From contig CAXSGC010000001.1 of assembly GCA_964236945.1 (NCBI GenBank), positions 107,341-171,340 of the forward strand: a stretch of DNA of 64,000 nt, in the 5' to 3' direction. Below the pieces are notes generated by a model. The model saw only the letters and a program-made list of their open reading frames with translations. It was not told the origin of the DNA and searched no databases. This document shows positions 9,990 to 19,493 of the stretch, one piece after another (position 1 is the stretch's first letter; each line of letters opens with the position of its first letter). Origin of the DNA: an uncultured Acidobacteriaceae bacterium (GTDB lineage: Bacteria; Acidobacteriota; Terriglobia; Terriglobales; Acidobacteriaceae). The position numbers were made by a program, and so were the translations under genes.

Positions 9990-11164
9990 GCTGGGTCTTC
10001 TGGGCTTCGTTTGGGGTCGTCGCGTACACCTATGCGGGGTATCCGGCGGTGATGGCTGTGCTGGCGCGGGTGCGGCCGCGGCCCTGGCGACGGGTGGTTG
10101 AGCCTCGATCGGTCAGCGTGGTGATGGCGGTGCATAACGGAGCGCACCTGCTCGGGGGCCAGATCGAGCATCTTCTGTCGCTGCCGGAGAGCTATGTTCG
10201 CGAGGTGATCGTTGTCTCGGATGGGTCGACCGATGGAACGGCGGAGGTTCTGACCGAGGCGCGGGGATCGCGTCTGCGATCGATCCTCCTGCCGGAGCGC
10301 GTGGGCAAGGCTTCGGCCTTGAACGCGGGGATGGGGACGGTGACAAGCGAAATTGTCTTGTTTATCGACATCCGGCCGCGAGTGGCCGAGGGTGCGATCG
10401 AGCGATTGATGAGCAGTTTTGCCGATCCGACGGTCGGTTGTGTTGCCGGGGAGCTGGTGCTGGACAGCTCGGGTCTGGACGCGGCGGCCTCGGCCGTAAG
10501 TGGGGTTTACTGGAGGTACGAGCAGTGGATTCGGAACTGCGAGGCGGCTTTTGACTCGCCGGTCGGGGTGTATGGCGGGTTTTATGCGGCGCGCCGGGCT
10601 TTGCTTTCGCCGTTCCCGCCGGGGATTGTTCTCGACGATATGTTTCAGCCGCTGTCGATCGTTCGGCAGGGGTACCGGAGTGTGCTGGATCGCGAGGCGG
10701 TGGTGCTGGACGCGTGGCCGGGCAAGGTGGCGGGCGAGTTTCAGCGGAAGGTGCGGACGCTGGCCGGCAACTTTGAGCTGGTGTGGCTGGCGCCGTGGAC
10801 GCTGAGCTTTCAAAACCGCGTGCTGTTTCAGCTCGTTTCGCACAAGCTGTTGCGGCTGGTTGTGCCGTACTGCTTTGTGGGGATGTTGGTGAGCGCGAGC
10901 TGGCTGGGCCGGTTCTCGGGTGGATGGAGGCTGGTTGCGGGGCTGGAGTGGGCTGGGTTGCTGTCGGCTTTGCTGGCGCTGCGAGTTCGGCTGCCGTTGG
11001 TACAGCGGTATGCGGCGGCGGGGGGAGCGCTTCTGGTGCTGAACGCTGCGGCGGTTGCGGGATTATGGCGCTTTTTGTTTTCGGACGGGCCGCTTTGGAA
11101 GAGCTGGGCTGTGCAGGGAGCTCAGGGTGGGCGCCCAGGCATGGCTGAGATAGAGGCCGGATAG
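9986..11164 (+). CDS. Glycosyltransferase family 2 (processive-like, membrane-anchored)
   Basis: VSDGSTDGT, GKASALN, FIDIR, LDD and FQRKVR motifs with flanking TM helices. Confidence 0.9.
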   Translation: MSWVFWASFGVVAYTYAGYPAVMAVLARVRPRPWRRVVEPRSVSVVMAVHNGAHLLGGQIEHLLSLPESYVREVIVVSDGSTDGTAEVLTEARGSRLRSILLPERVGKASALNAGMGTVTSEIVLFIDIRPRVAEGAIERLMSSFADPTVGCVAGELVLDSSGLDAAASAVSGVYWRYEQWIRNCEAAFDSPVGVYGGFYAARRALLSPFPPGIVLDDMFQPLSIVRQGYRSVLDREAVVLDAWPGKVAGEFQRKVRTLAGNFELVWLAPWTLSFQNRVLFQLVSHKLLRLVVPYCFVGMLVSASWLGRFSGGWRLVAGLEWAGLLSALLALRVRLPLVQRYAAAGGALLVLNAAAVAGLWRFLFSDGPLWKSWAVQGAQGGRPGMAEIEAG

Positions 11165-11222
11165 GGCAAAACTCTCATAGAGCGGATCTCCTGGTCCTGT
11201 GAGCTGGATGGAGTATAGGAGT

Positions 11223-11246
11223 GCCGTTTTGATTGAGGAAAACGGC
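11223..11246. terminator. Hairpin between convergent operons, possible terminator
   Basis: GCCGTTTT-N8-AAAACGGC perfect 8-bp inverted repeat downstream of the GT2 stop. Confidence 0.4.
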
Positions 11247-11287
11247 CATGGCCTTCCGTTCCGGGGTACACCTGCAAGAGAACTGCT

Positions 11288-11424
11288 CTAGGAGCTTGTT
11301 GAAATCAAGATTGGAAGGCGGAGGCCGTACCTCAGCGGCTAAAGCCGCGCTGCAAACAAAGCGTTAAGGGCACGGCTGAAGCCGTGCCCTTAAGAGAAAC
11401 GGAGTAGTTTCAACAACTTCCTAG
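11288..11424. mobile_element. 137-bp MITE/REP-like element, copy 1
   Basis: Imperfect terminal inverted repeats CTAGGAGCTTGTTGAAA / TTTCAACAACTTCCTAG. Internal hairpins GCGGC-TAAA-GCCGC and a perfect TTAAGGGCACGGC-TGAA-GCCGTGCCCTTAA. A second copy lies at 29178. Confidence 0.8.
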
Positions 11425-11433
11425 CCGTAAGGT

Positions 11434-11514
11434 GTCATCTTGCCGGCGGCGCAGCCTTAGTGGAAGACCTGCTGTTGTACGGCCAAAGCCGCAGATCCCC
11501 TTTGGGAATGACAA
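11434..11514. repeat. REP-like element (GTCATC...GCAGATCC...ATGACAA type)
   Basis: Ends in GCAGATCCCCTTTGGGAATGACAA; a related element at 23704-23759 also has GAGATCC...GATGACAA. Confidence 0.55.
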
Positions 11515-11556
11515 AACGAAGAGAAAGATCAGATGTATCCCTTCAGGTAATTTGCT

Positions 11557-13041
11557 TCAGTGGGCGAACATGTTCTGCAGGCGAAGGATGATGTAGACGA
11601 CCAGGATGAGGCCGATGGAGCTCATGAAGGAGAGCCGGGCCGCGCGGCCCATGCGCATGCGTGCTGGGACGAGGCCGCGGTTGAGCGCCATCTGGTAGAT
11701 GACCTGCGCGAGGCCGCCGTAGAGGAAGAGCAGCATGACGTAGGCGCGCGAGAGAAACCATCCGGTGATGAGGAAACCGGCGAGGCTGAGCAGGGAGAGT
11801 CGCGCCATGCCGCGGATCTGCTCGGCGGAGAGTTGGGCGGGTTCGGCGAGGCTGGCGAGATGGGGTGGGGGTTGCGGCGGGATTGGCGCGGGCACCAGAT
11901 TTTGGAGCTCGTCATCGTCCTCTGCTTCGGCGAGGAGGAGGCCGCCGGCCCCGGCGGGAGCGAGACGCGCGTGGGCCACGGCAGGTTGCGGGGAGCGCAT
12001 GCTGAGGTAGGGGTTGGCGGGCGCGTCCTGGATGGAGTCAGGAGTTGCGAGGCCGGCCTTTTGGGCGACGCGGAGGTCGCGAAGGGAGGTAAGGAGGAAG
12101 AGCACCCAGAAGAAGAGGCCGAAGAGGCCGAGTTCGGCGGCGCAGACGACCACTGAGTTGTGAGCGGTGATGTAGAAGTACTCGCCGAAGCGCTGGAAGC
12201 CGACGCCGAAGACGGGGTGCGAGCGGATGAGTTGCAGGCCGGTGGACCAGGCTTCGAGGCGGTCGGAGCCGGCTTCGACGGAGATCTCGCGGCCGCCGGT
12301 CCAGCCGATGGCCATGGAGGCGGCGAAGGCGACGGCGGCTCCGATGAGGGAGGGGATGGTGCCGAGTTTTCGTCGGCTGGCGAGGATGCCGACCGCGAGC
12401 ATGCCGACGATGCCGCCGCGGGAGTGTGTCAGGAAGAGGCCGAAGGTGAGGAGGCCGACGGGGAGCAGGACGAGGAAGAAGTTCCGCAGCGCGCTGCCTT
12501 TTTGCCAGAAGAGGAAGAGGAGTGGGGTGAGGCTGACGAGCGCCTGCGCCAGGTCGTTGGGGTCGTTGATTTCGCCGAGGCCCTGGATGCGGAAGATGGG
12601 GATGTCGCCTTCGGTCATCTGCGTGAAGAGGTAGGGGTCGGTGAGCGAGCCCTGATGGAGGGCGAACCAGGCGCGAAGAATGGTGTAAAAGCAGGCGACG
12701 GAGAGGACGCCGACGAGCAGGAGGATGTGTTTGCGCGTGCGGACGTTGATGAAGACGAGGAAGAAGATGAGCGCCTGGGGGAGAAAGGAGATGAGAGCGA
12801 AGGGAGCGTGGCCGAGCCAGCCGCTGAAGATGATGGAGATAAAGACGGCGGCGCAGATGCCGAGGATGGCAAAGGCTTGCGGGACGCGGGAGAGGCTGGA
12901 GCCCTGAAGGGCGAAGACGGAGGTGAGGAGAGCGAGGGCGGCGAGGATGAGTTCGATGCGGAACTCGGCGAGCGCGCCGAAGAGCACGGCGGGGCTGAGG
13001 TACGCGGTGAGGACGTAGAGCAGTGTGAAGAAGAGGGCCAT
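11557..13041 (-). CDS. O-antigen ligase / Wzy polymerase-like membrane protein
   Basis: About 12 TM helices; DPNDLAQ, THSRGG, HPVFGVG and AHNSVV motifs of the Wzy_C family. Confidence 0.88.
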   Translation of the reverse strand: MALFFTLLYVLTAYLSPAVLFGALAEFRIELILAALALLTSVFALQGSSLSRVPQAFAILGICAAVFISIIFSGWLGHAPFALISFLPQALIFFLVFINVRTRKHILLLVGVLSVACFYTILRAWFALHQGSLTDPYLFTQMTEGDIPIFRIQGLGEINDPNDLAQALVSLTPLLFLFWQKGSALRNFFLVLLPVGLLTFGLFLTHSRGGIVGMLAVGILASRRKLGTIPSLIGAAVAFAASMAIGWTGGREISVEAGSDRLEAWSTGLQLIRSHPVFGVGFQRFGEYFYITAHNSVVVCAAELGLFGLFFWVLFLLTSLRDLRVAQKAGLATPDSIQDAPANPYLSMRSPQPAVAHARLAPAGAGGLLLAEAEDDDELQNLVPAPIPPQPPPHLASLAEPAQLSAEQIRGMARLSLLSLAGFLITGWFLSRAYVMLLFLYGGLAQVIYQMALNRGLVPARMRMGRAARLSFMSSIGLILVVYIILRLQNMFAH

Positions 13042-13080
13042 AGGGGTTCGCGATGCTGTGGACAGCGGGAGCGGGCTGGG

Positions 13081-14235
13081 TCAGCGTGAGATGGCGAGGT
13101 CCTCCTTGGCTTTGGGGTTGGGGGCTTCGGGGGTGGGGGGTTCGGCGGTGTAGGCGGCTGGGTGTGGGGCGCGGCTCCGGTAGAGGCGCATGTAGGTTTC
13201 GGCCATCTGGCTGAGGGTGAAGTGCTGGGCGAAGGCCGATTTGCCGGCGTTGCCGAGGGTTTGGCGGAGATGCGGGTCGCGGGCGAGGCGGAGGATCTCG
13301 GGGCTCATCGAGTCGGGGTCGCCGACCGGGGTGCGGAGGCCGGCGCCGGTGTTCCGGACGACCTCGGCCATGCCGCCGACGTCGGTGACGAGCGCTGGGA
13401 GTCCGATGGACATGGCCTGGAGGAGGGAGACGGGCAGGCCCTCGGAGGTGGACGACATGGTGAAGACGTCGGCGGCGGAGTAGAAGGGGGCGACCTGGTG
13501 TTGCTCGCCCCAGAAGGTGACGGTGCCTGGAGGGGCGACATCGCGGGCGAGGTGTTCGAGGGATTGGCGCTCGTGACCGTCGCCGACGATCCAGAGGTGG
13601 AGATCGGGGAGATCGCGTGCGGCGATGGCGGTGGCGCGGATGAGGGTGGAGAGGTTCTTGACGGGGGCGAGGCGGCCGACGAAGAGGAGGGTGAAGCCGG
13701 ATTTTGGGGGCCGGTCGGGGGCGGGCACCGGCGTGAGCGGGACGATGCCGTTGTAGACGCGGGAGATGCGGCGGGGGTCGGACCAGGGGGCGCGGCGGAG
13801 GTTGGCGCAGGTGGCGTCGCAGATGCCGACGACGTGGTCGCAGAGGCGGGAGACAGCGCCGTAGAGCCGCTCTTCTCTGAGGTTGTAGGGCGGTGCGACG
13901 AGGCTGTGGCGCGTTGAAACGATGGAGGTTGCACCGGCGAGGCGGGCGGCGAGCGCGGCCTGGAGGGTGGGTGCGGCGTTGTGGCAGTGGACGACCTCTG
14001 GACGAAGCTGCTGGAAGGCGCGGAGGTAGGTCGGCAAGGTGCGGACGGGGTTGCCGGTGCCGAGGACATCGACCTGGAAGCCTTCGGTCTGGAGCACTTC
14101 GCCGAGCGCGCCGACGTTGGTCTGGGCGAAGATGGAGACGTCGTGGCCGGCGGCACGCTGCACCCGGGAGAGCTGCGCGACGAGCGATTCGGCGCCGCCC
14201 ATCTCCATGCTGTAGATGACGTGGACGATCTTCAT
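13081..14235 (-). CDS. Glycosyltransferase family 4 (GT-B)
   Basis: MKIVHVIYSMEMGGAE, FVGRLAPVKN, SEGLPVSLLQAM. Confidence 0.92.
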   Translation of the reverse strand: MKIVHVIYSMEMGGAESLVAQLSRVQRAAGHDVSIFAQTNVGALGEVLQTEGFQVDVLGTGNPVRTLPTYLRAFQQLRPEVVHCHNAAPTLQAALAARLAGATSIVSTRHSLVAPPYNLREERLYGAVSRLCDHVVGICDATCANLRRAPWSDPRRISRVYNGIVPLTPVPAPDRPPKSGFTLLFVGRLAPVKNLSTLIRATAIAARDLPDLHLWIVGDGHERQSLEHLARDVAPPGTVTFWGEQHQVAPFYSAADVFTMSSTSEGLPVSLLQAMSIGLPALVTDVGGMAEVVRNTGAGLRTPVGDPDSMSPEILRLARDPHLRQTLGNAGKSAFAQHFTLSQMAETYMRLYRSRAPHPAAYTAEPPTPEAPNPKAKEDLAISR

Positions 14236-14421
14236 AGGTGGAGTTTTGGTATCGCTCCTTTTGCGGCGGCTTTGGACTCCTCCACTCATTATCGGCTGCG
14301 GCGGACGGAACTTGAGGAGTTCAGCTTACCTCTTTGGTGGTAGGCCGAGGGTGCGAAGTGACACTCGATTTGGGGCCGAAAGACGGTAGAGTTACGGTGG
14401 AGCTCAGGGGATCGGGGCTCC

Positions 14422-14484
14422 GGGATGATGTTTGGAGGGTCTGAGATGACGTTTGGAGGGTCCGGGATGATGTTTGGAGGAGAA
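14422..14484. repeat. Three 21-bp tandem units, each containing TTTGGAGG, immediately upstream of the 14487 gene
   Basis: GGGATGATGTTTGGAGGGTCT / GAGATGACGTTTGGAGGGTCC / GGGATGATGTTTGGAGGAGAA. Confidence 0.85.
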
Positions 14485-14486
14485 GT

Positions 14487-15602
14487 TTGAACTTGCCGCG
14501 CAATGCGGAGCTTTGGTTGGAGGGGTACGTGCGCGACCGAGGGCGGCGCTGGCTCGATCGGAGCTCGCCCAAGCGGCTGTGGGTGGCGATCACGGATCAC
14601 TACGAGCCGATGGGAGGTCAGGTTTCGCGTGCGACGGCGGTGGAGCGGGTGGAGCGGTGGCAGAGGATGTGGCCGGAGATCGCGGAGCGGGCGCCGAGGG
14701 ATGGTGCGGGACGGCGGCCGTGCTACAGCTTCTTTTACCCGCAGGAGGAGTACGTCCCGGAGTTGCTGGAGCCGCTGGCGGAGATGACGCGGGCCGGCAT
14801 TGGCGATGTGGAGGTGCACCTGCATCACGACCGGGAGACGGCGGACGGATTTCGGGCGAAGGTCGGGGAGTTTTGCCGGCAGCTGCGGGACGACCATGGT
14901 TTGTTGCGGGAGTATGGCGGGCGGACGGTGTTTGGGTTTATCCACGGCAACTGGGCGCTCGACAACTCGCGGCCGGACGGACGTTGGTGCGGGTTGACGG
15001 GGGAGATCGGGATCCTGCGGGAGCTGGGGTGTTATGCGGACTTTACGATGCCGTCGTGCCCGAGCCCGACGCAAGCGCGGATTGTGAACCAGATCTATTG
15101 GTCGACGGGTCGGATGGATCGGCCGCGGTCGTTCGATCAGGGGGTTGAGGCGGCTCCGGGGGGTGGGGAACGGGGCGCGATGCTGATGATCCAGGGGCCG
15201 CTGGGGCTGCGGTTTCGCGGACGTCTGATGCCCCGGATGGAAACGGGCGAGCTGGCGGCGTACGATCCGCCGACCCGGGATCGCGTGGAGCGGTGGCTGG
15301 CGTTGGCGCCGCGGGTGGGGGAGGATGCGTTTTTGAAGCTGTACACCCATGGGGCGCGCGAGGATAACGCGGCGGCGCTGCTGGGTTCGGGAGGGGGTTC
15401 GGGCGCGGGCGACGGCGGGCTGCTGCGGATGTACGGATGGCTGGCGGAGGCGGCGGCCAGGCGCGGGATGGAGGTGCGGTGGGTGAGTGCGTTTGAGATG
15501 TTTCGGGCGGTGGAGGGGCTGACGGGAGCTGGGGCGGCGGGGGCGAAGGGTGCGGAGCAGGATGAGGCGGTGCTTGCGCCGGGCGGAGGTCGCTCGGCTT
15601 GA
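14487..15602 (+). CDS. Uncharacterised EPS-locus protein, possibly a carbohydrate esterase/hydrolase-like metalloenzyme
   Basis: TTG start 6 nt after GGAGG. His/Asp-rich motifs TDHYEP, EVHLHH, FIHGNWALDNS, ADFTMPS, KLYTHG. Stop overlaps the next GT start. Confidence 0.75.
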   Translation: MNLPRNAELWLEGYVRDRGRRWLDRSSPKRLWVAITDHYEPMGGQVSRATAVERVERWQRMWPEIAERAPRDGAGRRPCYSFFYPQEEYVPELLEPLAEMTRAGIGDVEVHLHHDRETADGFRAKVGEFCRQLRDDHGLLREYGGRTVFGFIHGNWALDNSRPDGRWCGLTGEIGILRELGCYADFTMPSCPSPTQARIVNQIYWSTGRMDRPRSFDQGVEAAPGGGERGAMLMIQGPLGLRFRGRLMPRMETGELAAYDPPTRDRVERWLALAPRVGEDAFLKLYTHGAREDNAAALLGSGGGSGAGDGGLLRMYGWLAEAAARRGMEVRWVSAFEMFRAVEGLTGAGAAGAKGAEQDEAVLAPGGGRSA

Positions 15603-16939
15603 ACGTCTTGCTGGTCACGTTTTCGTTTCCACCGGCGGGCGGTGTGGGGGTGTTGCGGGCGTTGAGCCTGGCAAAGTATCTGCCGGAGTTTGGGGTTCGG
15701 TTGGATGTGTTGACGGCGAAGAACGCGCCGGCGGTGGGGACGGACACTTCCCTGCTCCGGCAGGTTCCGGCGGAGGTGACGGTGCACCAGACGTGGACGC
15801 CGGATCTGCCGTTTGGGGTGCGGAAGGCGATCAAACGAGTGGTGTCGGGGGGCAGGGTTGGGAAGAAAGGCTCGTCGGCGGCGGGGAGCGTGGCGGCCGA
15901 GCGCGGGAGCAATCCGCTGAAGGCGCTGGTCGGGAATTTGTTGCTGCCGGACCCGCAGGTGGGATGGCTGCCGTTTGCGTTTCGGGCGGCGCGGAGGATC
16001 GTTCGCGAACGGGCGATCGACGTGGTGCTGATTACGGTGCCGCCGTTTTCGACGGTTCGGCTCGTGACGATGCTCCGACGGCAGTTCCCCCGGCTGCCGA
16101 TCGTTCTGGACTTCCGGGATGAGTGGCTGACGACGACGATGCCTCTGGTGAGCTTCAACAACAATGAGCGGGCGCGGCGGGTGGCGGAGAAGGCCGAGGC
16201 GGAGGCGGTGCGGGACGCGACGGCGGTGGTGGCGGTGACCGAGGCTGCGCGCGGGGAGATTGCGGGACGGTACCCGGAGCAGCCGGAGGCGAAGTTTGTC
16301 TATCTACCGAACGGGTTCGACGGGGTGCTGCCTCGCGAGACGCCGGCGAGGGCTGGGAGCGGCGAGACGGTGGTGTTGACCTATCTTGGGACGGTGTACG
16401 GGTCGACCGATCCGGGGACGTTTGTGGAGGCGGTGCTCGGGCTGCCGGGGGAGTTGCGGGCGCGGCTGCGGGTGCGGTATATCGGGCATGTGGAGACGCC
16501 GGCGTTGCGAGCGTCGTTGCTTCGGCTGGGCGAGACGCTGGAGCTGCGCGGGTTTGTGCCGCAGGCGGAGGCGCTGCGGGCGATCGACGACACGACGTAC
16601 CTGCTCCTGATTACGCATGATCGGATCAACGTCGCGGCGAAGTTCTACGACTATCTCGGCTCCGGCAAGCGCATGGTTGCGGCGGTGCACCCGGAGGGCG
16701 ATGTGCGGCGGTTGCTGGAGCGGACGCGCGCGGGATGGTGGAGCGATGCGGGCGACGTCGGCGCGATCGGGCGCATGCTGGTGGAGGTCTTGAGTGGAGC
16801 GGCCTCGGAGGAGGGTCTGCCGGGGCCGGACTTCGAGGAGATTGCGAGGTTTCACCGGCGAGCGGTTGCGGAGCGGTACGGAGAGCTTCTGACCCGGGTG
16901 GCGGCCGGGGCCGGGGCCGGGCGGGAGACGCAGGAGTGA
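15599..16939 (+). CDS. Glycosyltransferase family 4
   Basis: FPPAGGVGVLR, LPDPQVGW, LDFRDEW, PNGFD and KFYDYL motifs. Confidence 0.88.
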   Translation: MNVLLVTFSFPPAGGVGVLRALSLAKYLPEFGVRLDVLTAKNAPAVGTDTSLLRQVPAEVTVHQTWTPDLPFGVRKAIKRVVSGGRVGKKGSSAAGSVAAERGSNPLKALVGNLLLPDPQVGWLPFAFRAARRIVRERAIDVVLITVPPFSTVRLVTMLRRQFPRLPIVLDFRDEWLTTTMPLVSFNNNERARRVAEKAEAEAVRDATAVVAVTEAARGEIAGRYPEQPEAKFVYLPNGFDGVLPRETPARAGSGETVVLTYLGTVYGSTDPGTFVEAVLGLPGELRARLRVRYIGHVETPALRASLLRLGETLELRGFVPQAEALRAIDDTTYLLLITHDRINVAAKFYDYLGSGKRMVAAVHPEGDVRRLLERTRAGWWSDAGDVGAIGRMLVEVLSGAASEEGLPGPDFEEIARFHRRAVAERYGELLTRVAAGAGAGRETQE

Positions 16940-18105
16940 CCCGGGTGGCGGTGGTGACACGGTATTTTCCGACCTCGTTTCATCCGTGGGCGGGGCACTC
17001 GGCGTACCAGACGCTGCGGTTGCTGGCGGACCGGTGGGCGTTGAAGGTGTTCTATATGGAGTCGCGGTATCCGGAGCGGCTTCGGCCGCGGAGCCGAACG
17101 CATGACGCGTTGGACCCGGAGTTTCGCCCCGGTGGCGTCGATGTCGAGTACATCCCGTACCCGGCGCTGCCGCTCGTTTCGCGGCCGCTGAACGGGTGGG
17201 TGGCGGCGCGCAAGCTCCTGCCGGAGGTGCGGGCGTTTCGGCCGGACGTGCTCCTGAACTATGTGGTGTATCCGGACGGGTTTGCGGCGTTGCGTCTTGG
17301 GCGGGAGCTCGACGTGCCGGTGGTAGTGACGGCGATCGGATCGGACCTGAACCAGATCAGCGATCCCGTGTGCGGGGCGCTGACGCGGCGTGTGCTGCGG
17401 GAGGCCGACTCTGTCGTGACGGTCAGCGATGCGTTGCGGAGGAAGGCGCTGGCGATGGGGGCGCGGCCGGAGCGCAGCCGGGCGGTGCTGAACGGATGCG
17501 ATACTTCGATCTTCTATCCGCGGGATCGGGCGGAGGCGCGAGAGGCGCTCGGGTTGGAGGCCGGGGCGGAGATTGTGACGTATATCGGTCGCATCGATGT
17601 GGCGAAGGGCCTGCGCGAGCTGGTGGAGGCGGTGGCGGGGCTGCGGCGGGAGCGGCCCGGGCTGCGATGTTATCTGGTGGGAGACGGGCCGGATGAGCCG
17701 GGAATCCGGGAGTTGGTCGCGAGTCATGGGGCGGGGGAGGCGGTGCGGATGGTGCCGCCGTGCTCTTCGACGGGCGTGGCGCAGTGGATGGCGGCGTCGG
17801 ACCTGGTGGCTCTGCCGAGCTACCGGGAGGGCTGCCCCAACGTGATTGTGGAGGCGCTGGCGTGTGGCCGGCCGGTGGTGGCGAGCGACGTGGGCGGGAT
17901 TCCGGAGCTGATGAGCGAGAGCACGGGAAGGATGGTGCCGGCGAGGGATGTCTCGGCGCTCGGGGAGGCGATCCGAGCGGTGCTCAATCGCGCGTGGGAT
18001 GCGGCAGAGATCAGCCGGAGGCACAGCCGCGGATGGACGGATGTGGCGGAGGACGTGTTCGGGATCGTGGAGGGAGTTCTGGAGCGGCCGGGGCCGGGGA
18101 GGTAG
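16936..18105 (+). CDS. Glycosyltransferase family 4 (TuaC-like)
   Basis: GTG start overlapping the upstream TGA; YPDG, IGSDLN, NGCD, KGLREL and EGCPNVIVEALACG motifs. Confidence 0.9.
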   Translation: MTRVAVVTRYFPTSFHPWAGHSAYQTLRLLADRWALKVFYMESRYPERLRPRSRTHDALDPEFRPGGVDVEYIPYPALPLVSRPLNGWVAARKLLPEVRAFRPDVLLNYVVYPDGFAALRLGRELDVPVVVTAIGSDLNQISDPVCGALTRRVLREADSVVTVSDALRRKALAMGARPERSRAVLNGCDTSIFYPRDRAEAREALGLEAGAEIVTYIGRIDVAKGLRELVEAVAGLRRERPGLRCYLVGDGPDEPGIRELVASHGAGEAVRMVPPCSSTGVAQWMAASDLVALPSYREGCPNVIVEALACGRPVVASDVGGIPELMSESTGRMVPARDVSALGEAIRAVLNRAWDAAEISRRHSRGWTDVAEDVFGIVEGVLERPGPGR

Positions 18106-18140
18106 TGCGCCGACGGCGGGCTGGGATCAGGGCGCATTTT

Positions 18141-19493
18141 TTAGAACGCGCGGGGGCGGGAGAGCGTCGGACGGAGCGCTGGGTCGGAGGTTTTTCTGGG
18201 GACCGGCGTGAGGCGGAGGGGACGCGGCGGGACCTGCGGCATACCGACTTCGCTGAGTTTGTAGAGCAGCGAGCGGTAGCTGATTTTGAGCCACTTGGCG
18301 GTCTTCTGCCGGTTCCAGCTGTTGGCCTGGAGCACCTTGAGGATGATCTGGCGTTCCAGATCCTGCGTCGCTTTTTTGGTGATGTGCTTGAGCGAGACGG
18401 GTTCGCTGAGGTCGATGTCGGTGGTGATGCCGTTTTTTGGATCTTCGGGCATGAGTTCGCTGACGAGCGCATCTTCGCTGCCGATGAGGACGTAGGAGCG
18501 GATGAGGTTTTCGAGCTGGCGGATGTTGCCTGGCCAGTGGTACCCCTGCATGAGGCGGACGGCGCTCTTCGAGAGCAGCTCCGGGGTGTGATGGAAGGCG
18601 CGGGCGTAGTGGTCGATAAAGTAGTCGACGAGGACGGGGAGGTCGGCGAGGCGCTGGCGCAGCGGCGGGAGGTTGATGGTGACGGCGTTGATGCGGAAGA
18701 GGAAGTCGAGGCGAAACGTGCCGGCTTCGACCTCCGATCGGAGGTCCCCGTTGGCCACCGAGACGAGCCGGGTGGTGATGGAGCGGGGCTCGTGGCCGCC
18801 GACCCGGGTAAAGGTGCCGTCCTGGAGTACCTGGAGGAGCTTGGACTGCACGGCGAGGTCGAGGCTGCCGACCTCATCGAGGAAGAGGGTTCCGAGGTGG
18901 GCCTGTTCGACGCGTCCGAGCTTGGTGGCGTGGGCGCCGGTGAAGGCTCCTTTTTCATAGCCGAAGAGCTCGGTTTCGAGCAGGGTGTGCGGGATGGCGG
19001 GGCAGCTGACCTTGATGAGGGAGCCTCGGCCACGGCGCGACAAGGCATGGAGCAGGTGGACGCAGAGCTCCTTTCCGGTTCCACTTTCGCCCTGGAGGAG
19101 GACGGGGACGTCGGTCTCGGCGACGCGTTCGAGCTTGGTGCGAACGGACAGCATGGCAGGTGTTCTGCCGAAGAGGATGTCCAGGGGCGGGAGATTGGGC
19201 GGGAGATTGGGCGGGAGATTGGGCGGGAGATTGGGCGGGAGATTGGAGAGCGGGAGATTGGAGGGCGGGAGATTGGGGAGAGGGCCGGGATCGGAAGTGG
19301 AGAGCAAGGCGGTTGTCCTATCGGAGATGCGCAGTGGAACACGGAAAGGGCTGCAGTACGAGTGGAGGTAGCACGTTTCGGTCCAATCTGACGAGGGAGC
19401 CGGGGAGTGAAGAGAAGGTGGTGTTGGAGCAGTGTACTTGAGTAGGCCGCAGCCGGGTTCGACCGGGGAAAAACTGTCGGTGTGCGCGGTCAT
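18141..19493 (-). CDS. Sigma-54 enhancer-binding protein (AAA+ and Fis-type HTH) with no receiver domain; start uncertain
   Basis: GESGTGKE, ELFGYEKGAFTGA, LFLDEVG, WPGNIRQLEN and HTH NRQKTAKWLKISYRSLLYKL. Confidence 0.92.
   Translation of the reverse strand: MTAHTDSFSPVEPGCGLLKYTAPTPPSLHSPAPSSDWTETCYLHSYCSPFRVPLRISDRTTALLSTSDPGPLPNLPPSNLPLSNLPPNLPPNLPPNLPPNLPPLDILFGRTPAMLSVRTKLERVAETDVPVLLQGESGTGKELCVHLLHALSRRGRGSLIKVSCPAIPHTLLETELFGYEKGAFTGAHATKLGRVEQAHLGTLFLDEVGSLDLAVQSKLLQVLQDGTFTRVGGHEPRSITTRLVSVANGDLRSEVEAGTFRLDFLFRINAVTINLPPLRQRLADLPVLVDYFIDHYARAFHHTPELLSKSAVRLMQGYHWPGNIRQLENLIRSYVLIGSEDALVSELMPEDPKNGITTDIDLSEPVSLKHITKKATQDLERQIILKVLQANSWNRQKTAKWLKISYRSLLYKLSEVGMPQVPPRPLRLTPVPRKTSDPALRPTLSRPRAF
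19187..19276. repeat. Seven copies of GCGGGAGATTGG (PNLP peptide repeat) just ahead of the AAA+ domain
   Basis: Five copies at a 12-bp period, then two at a 15-bp period; frame preserved. Confidence 0.9.
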
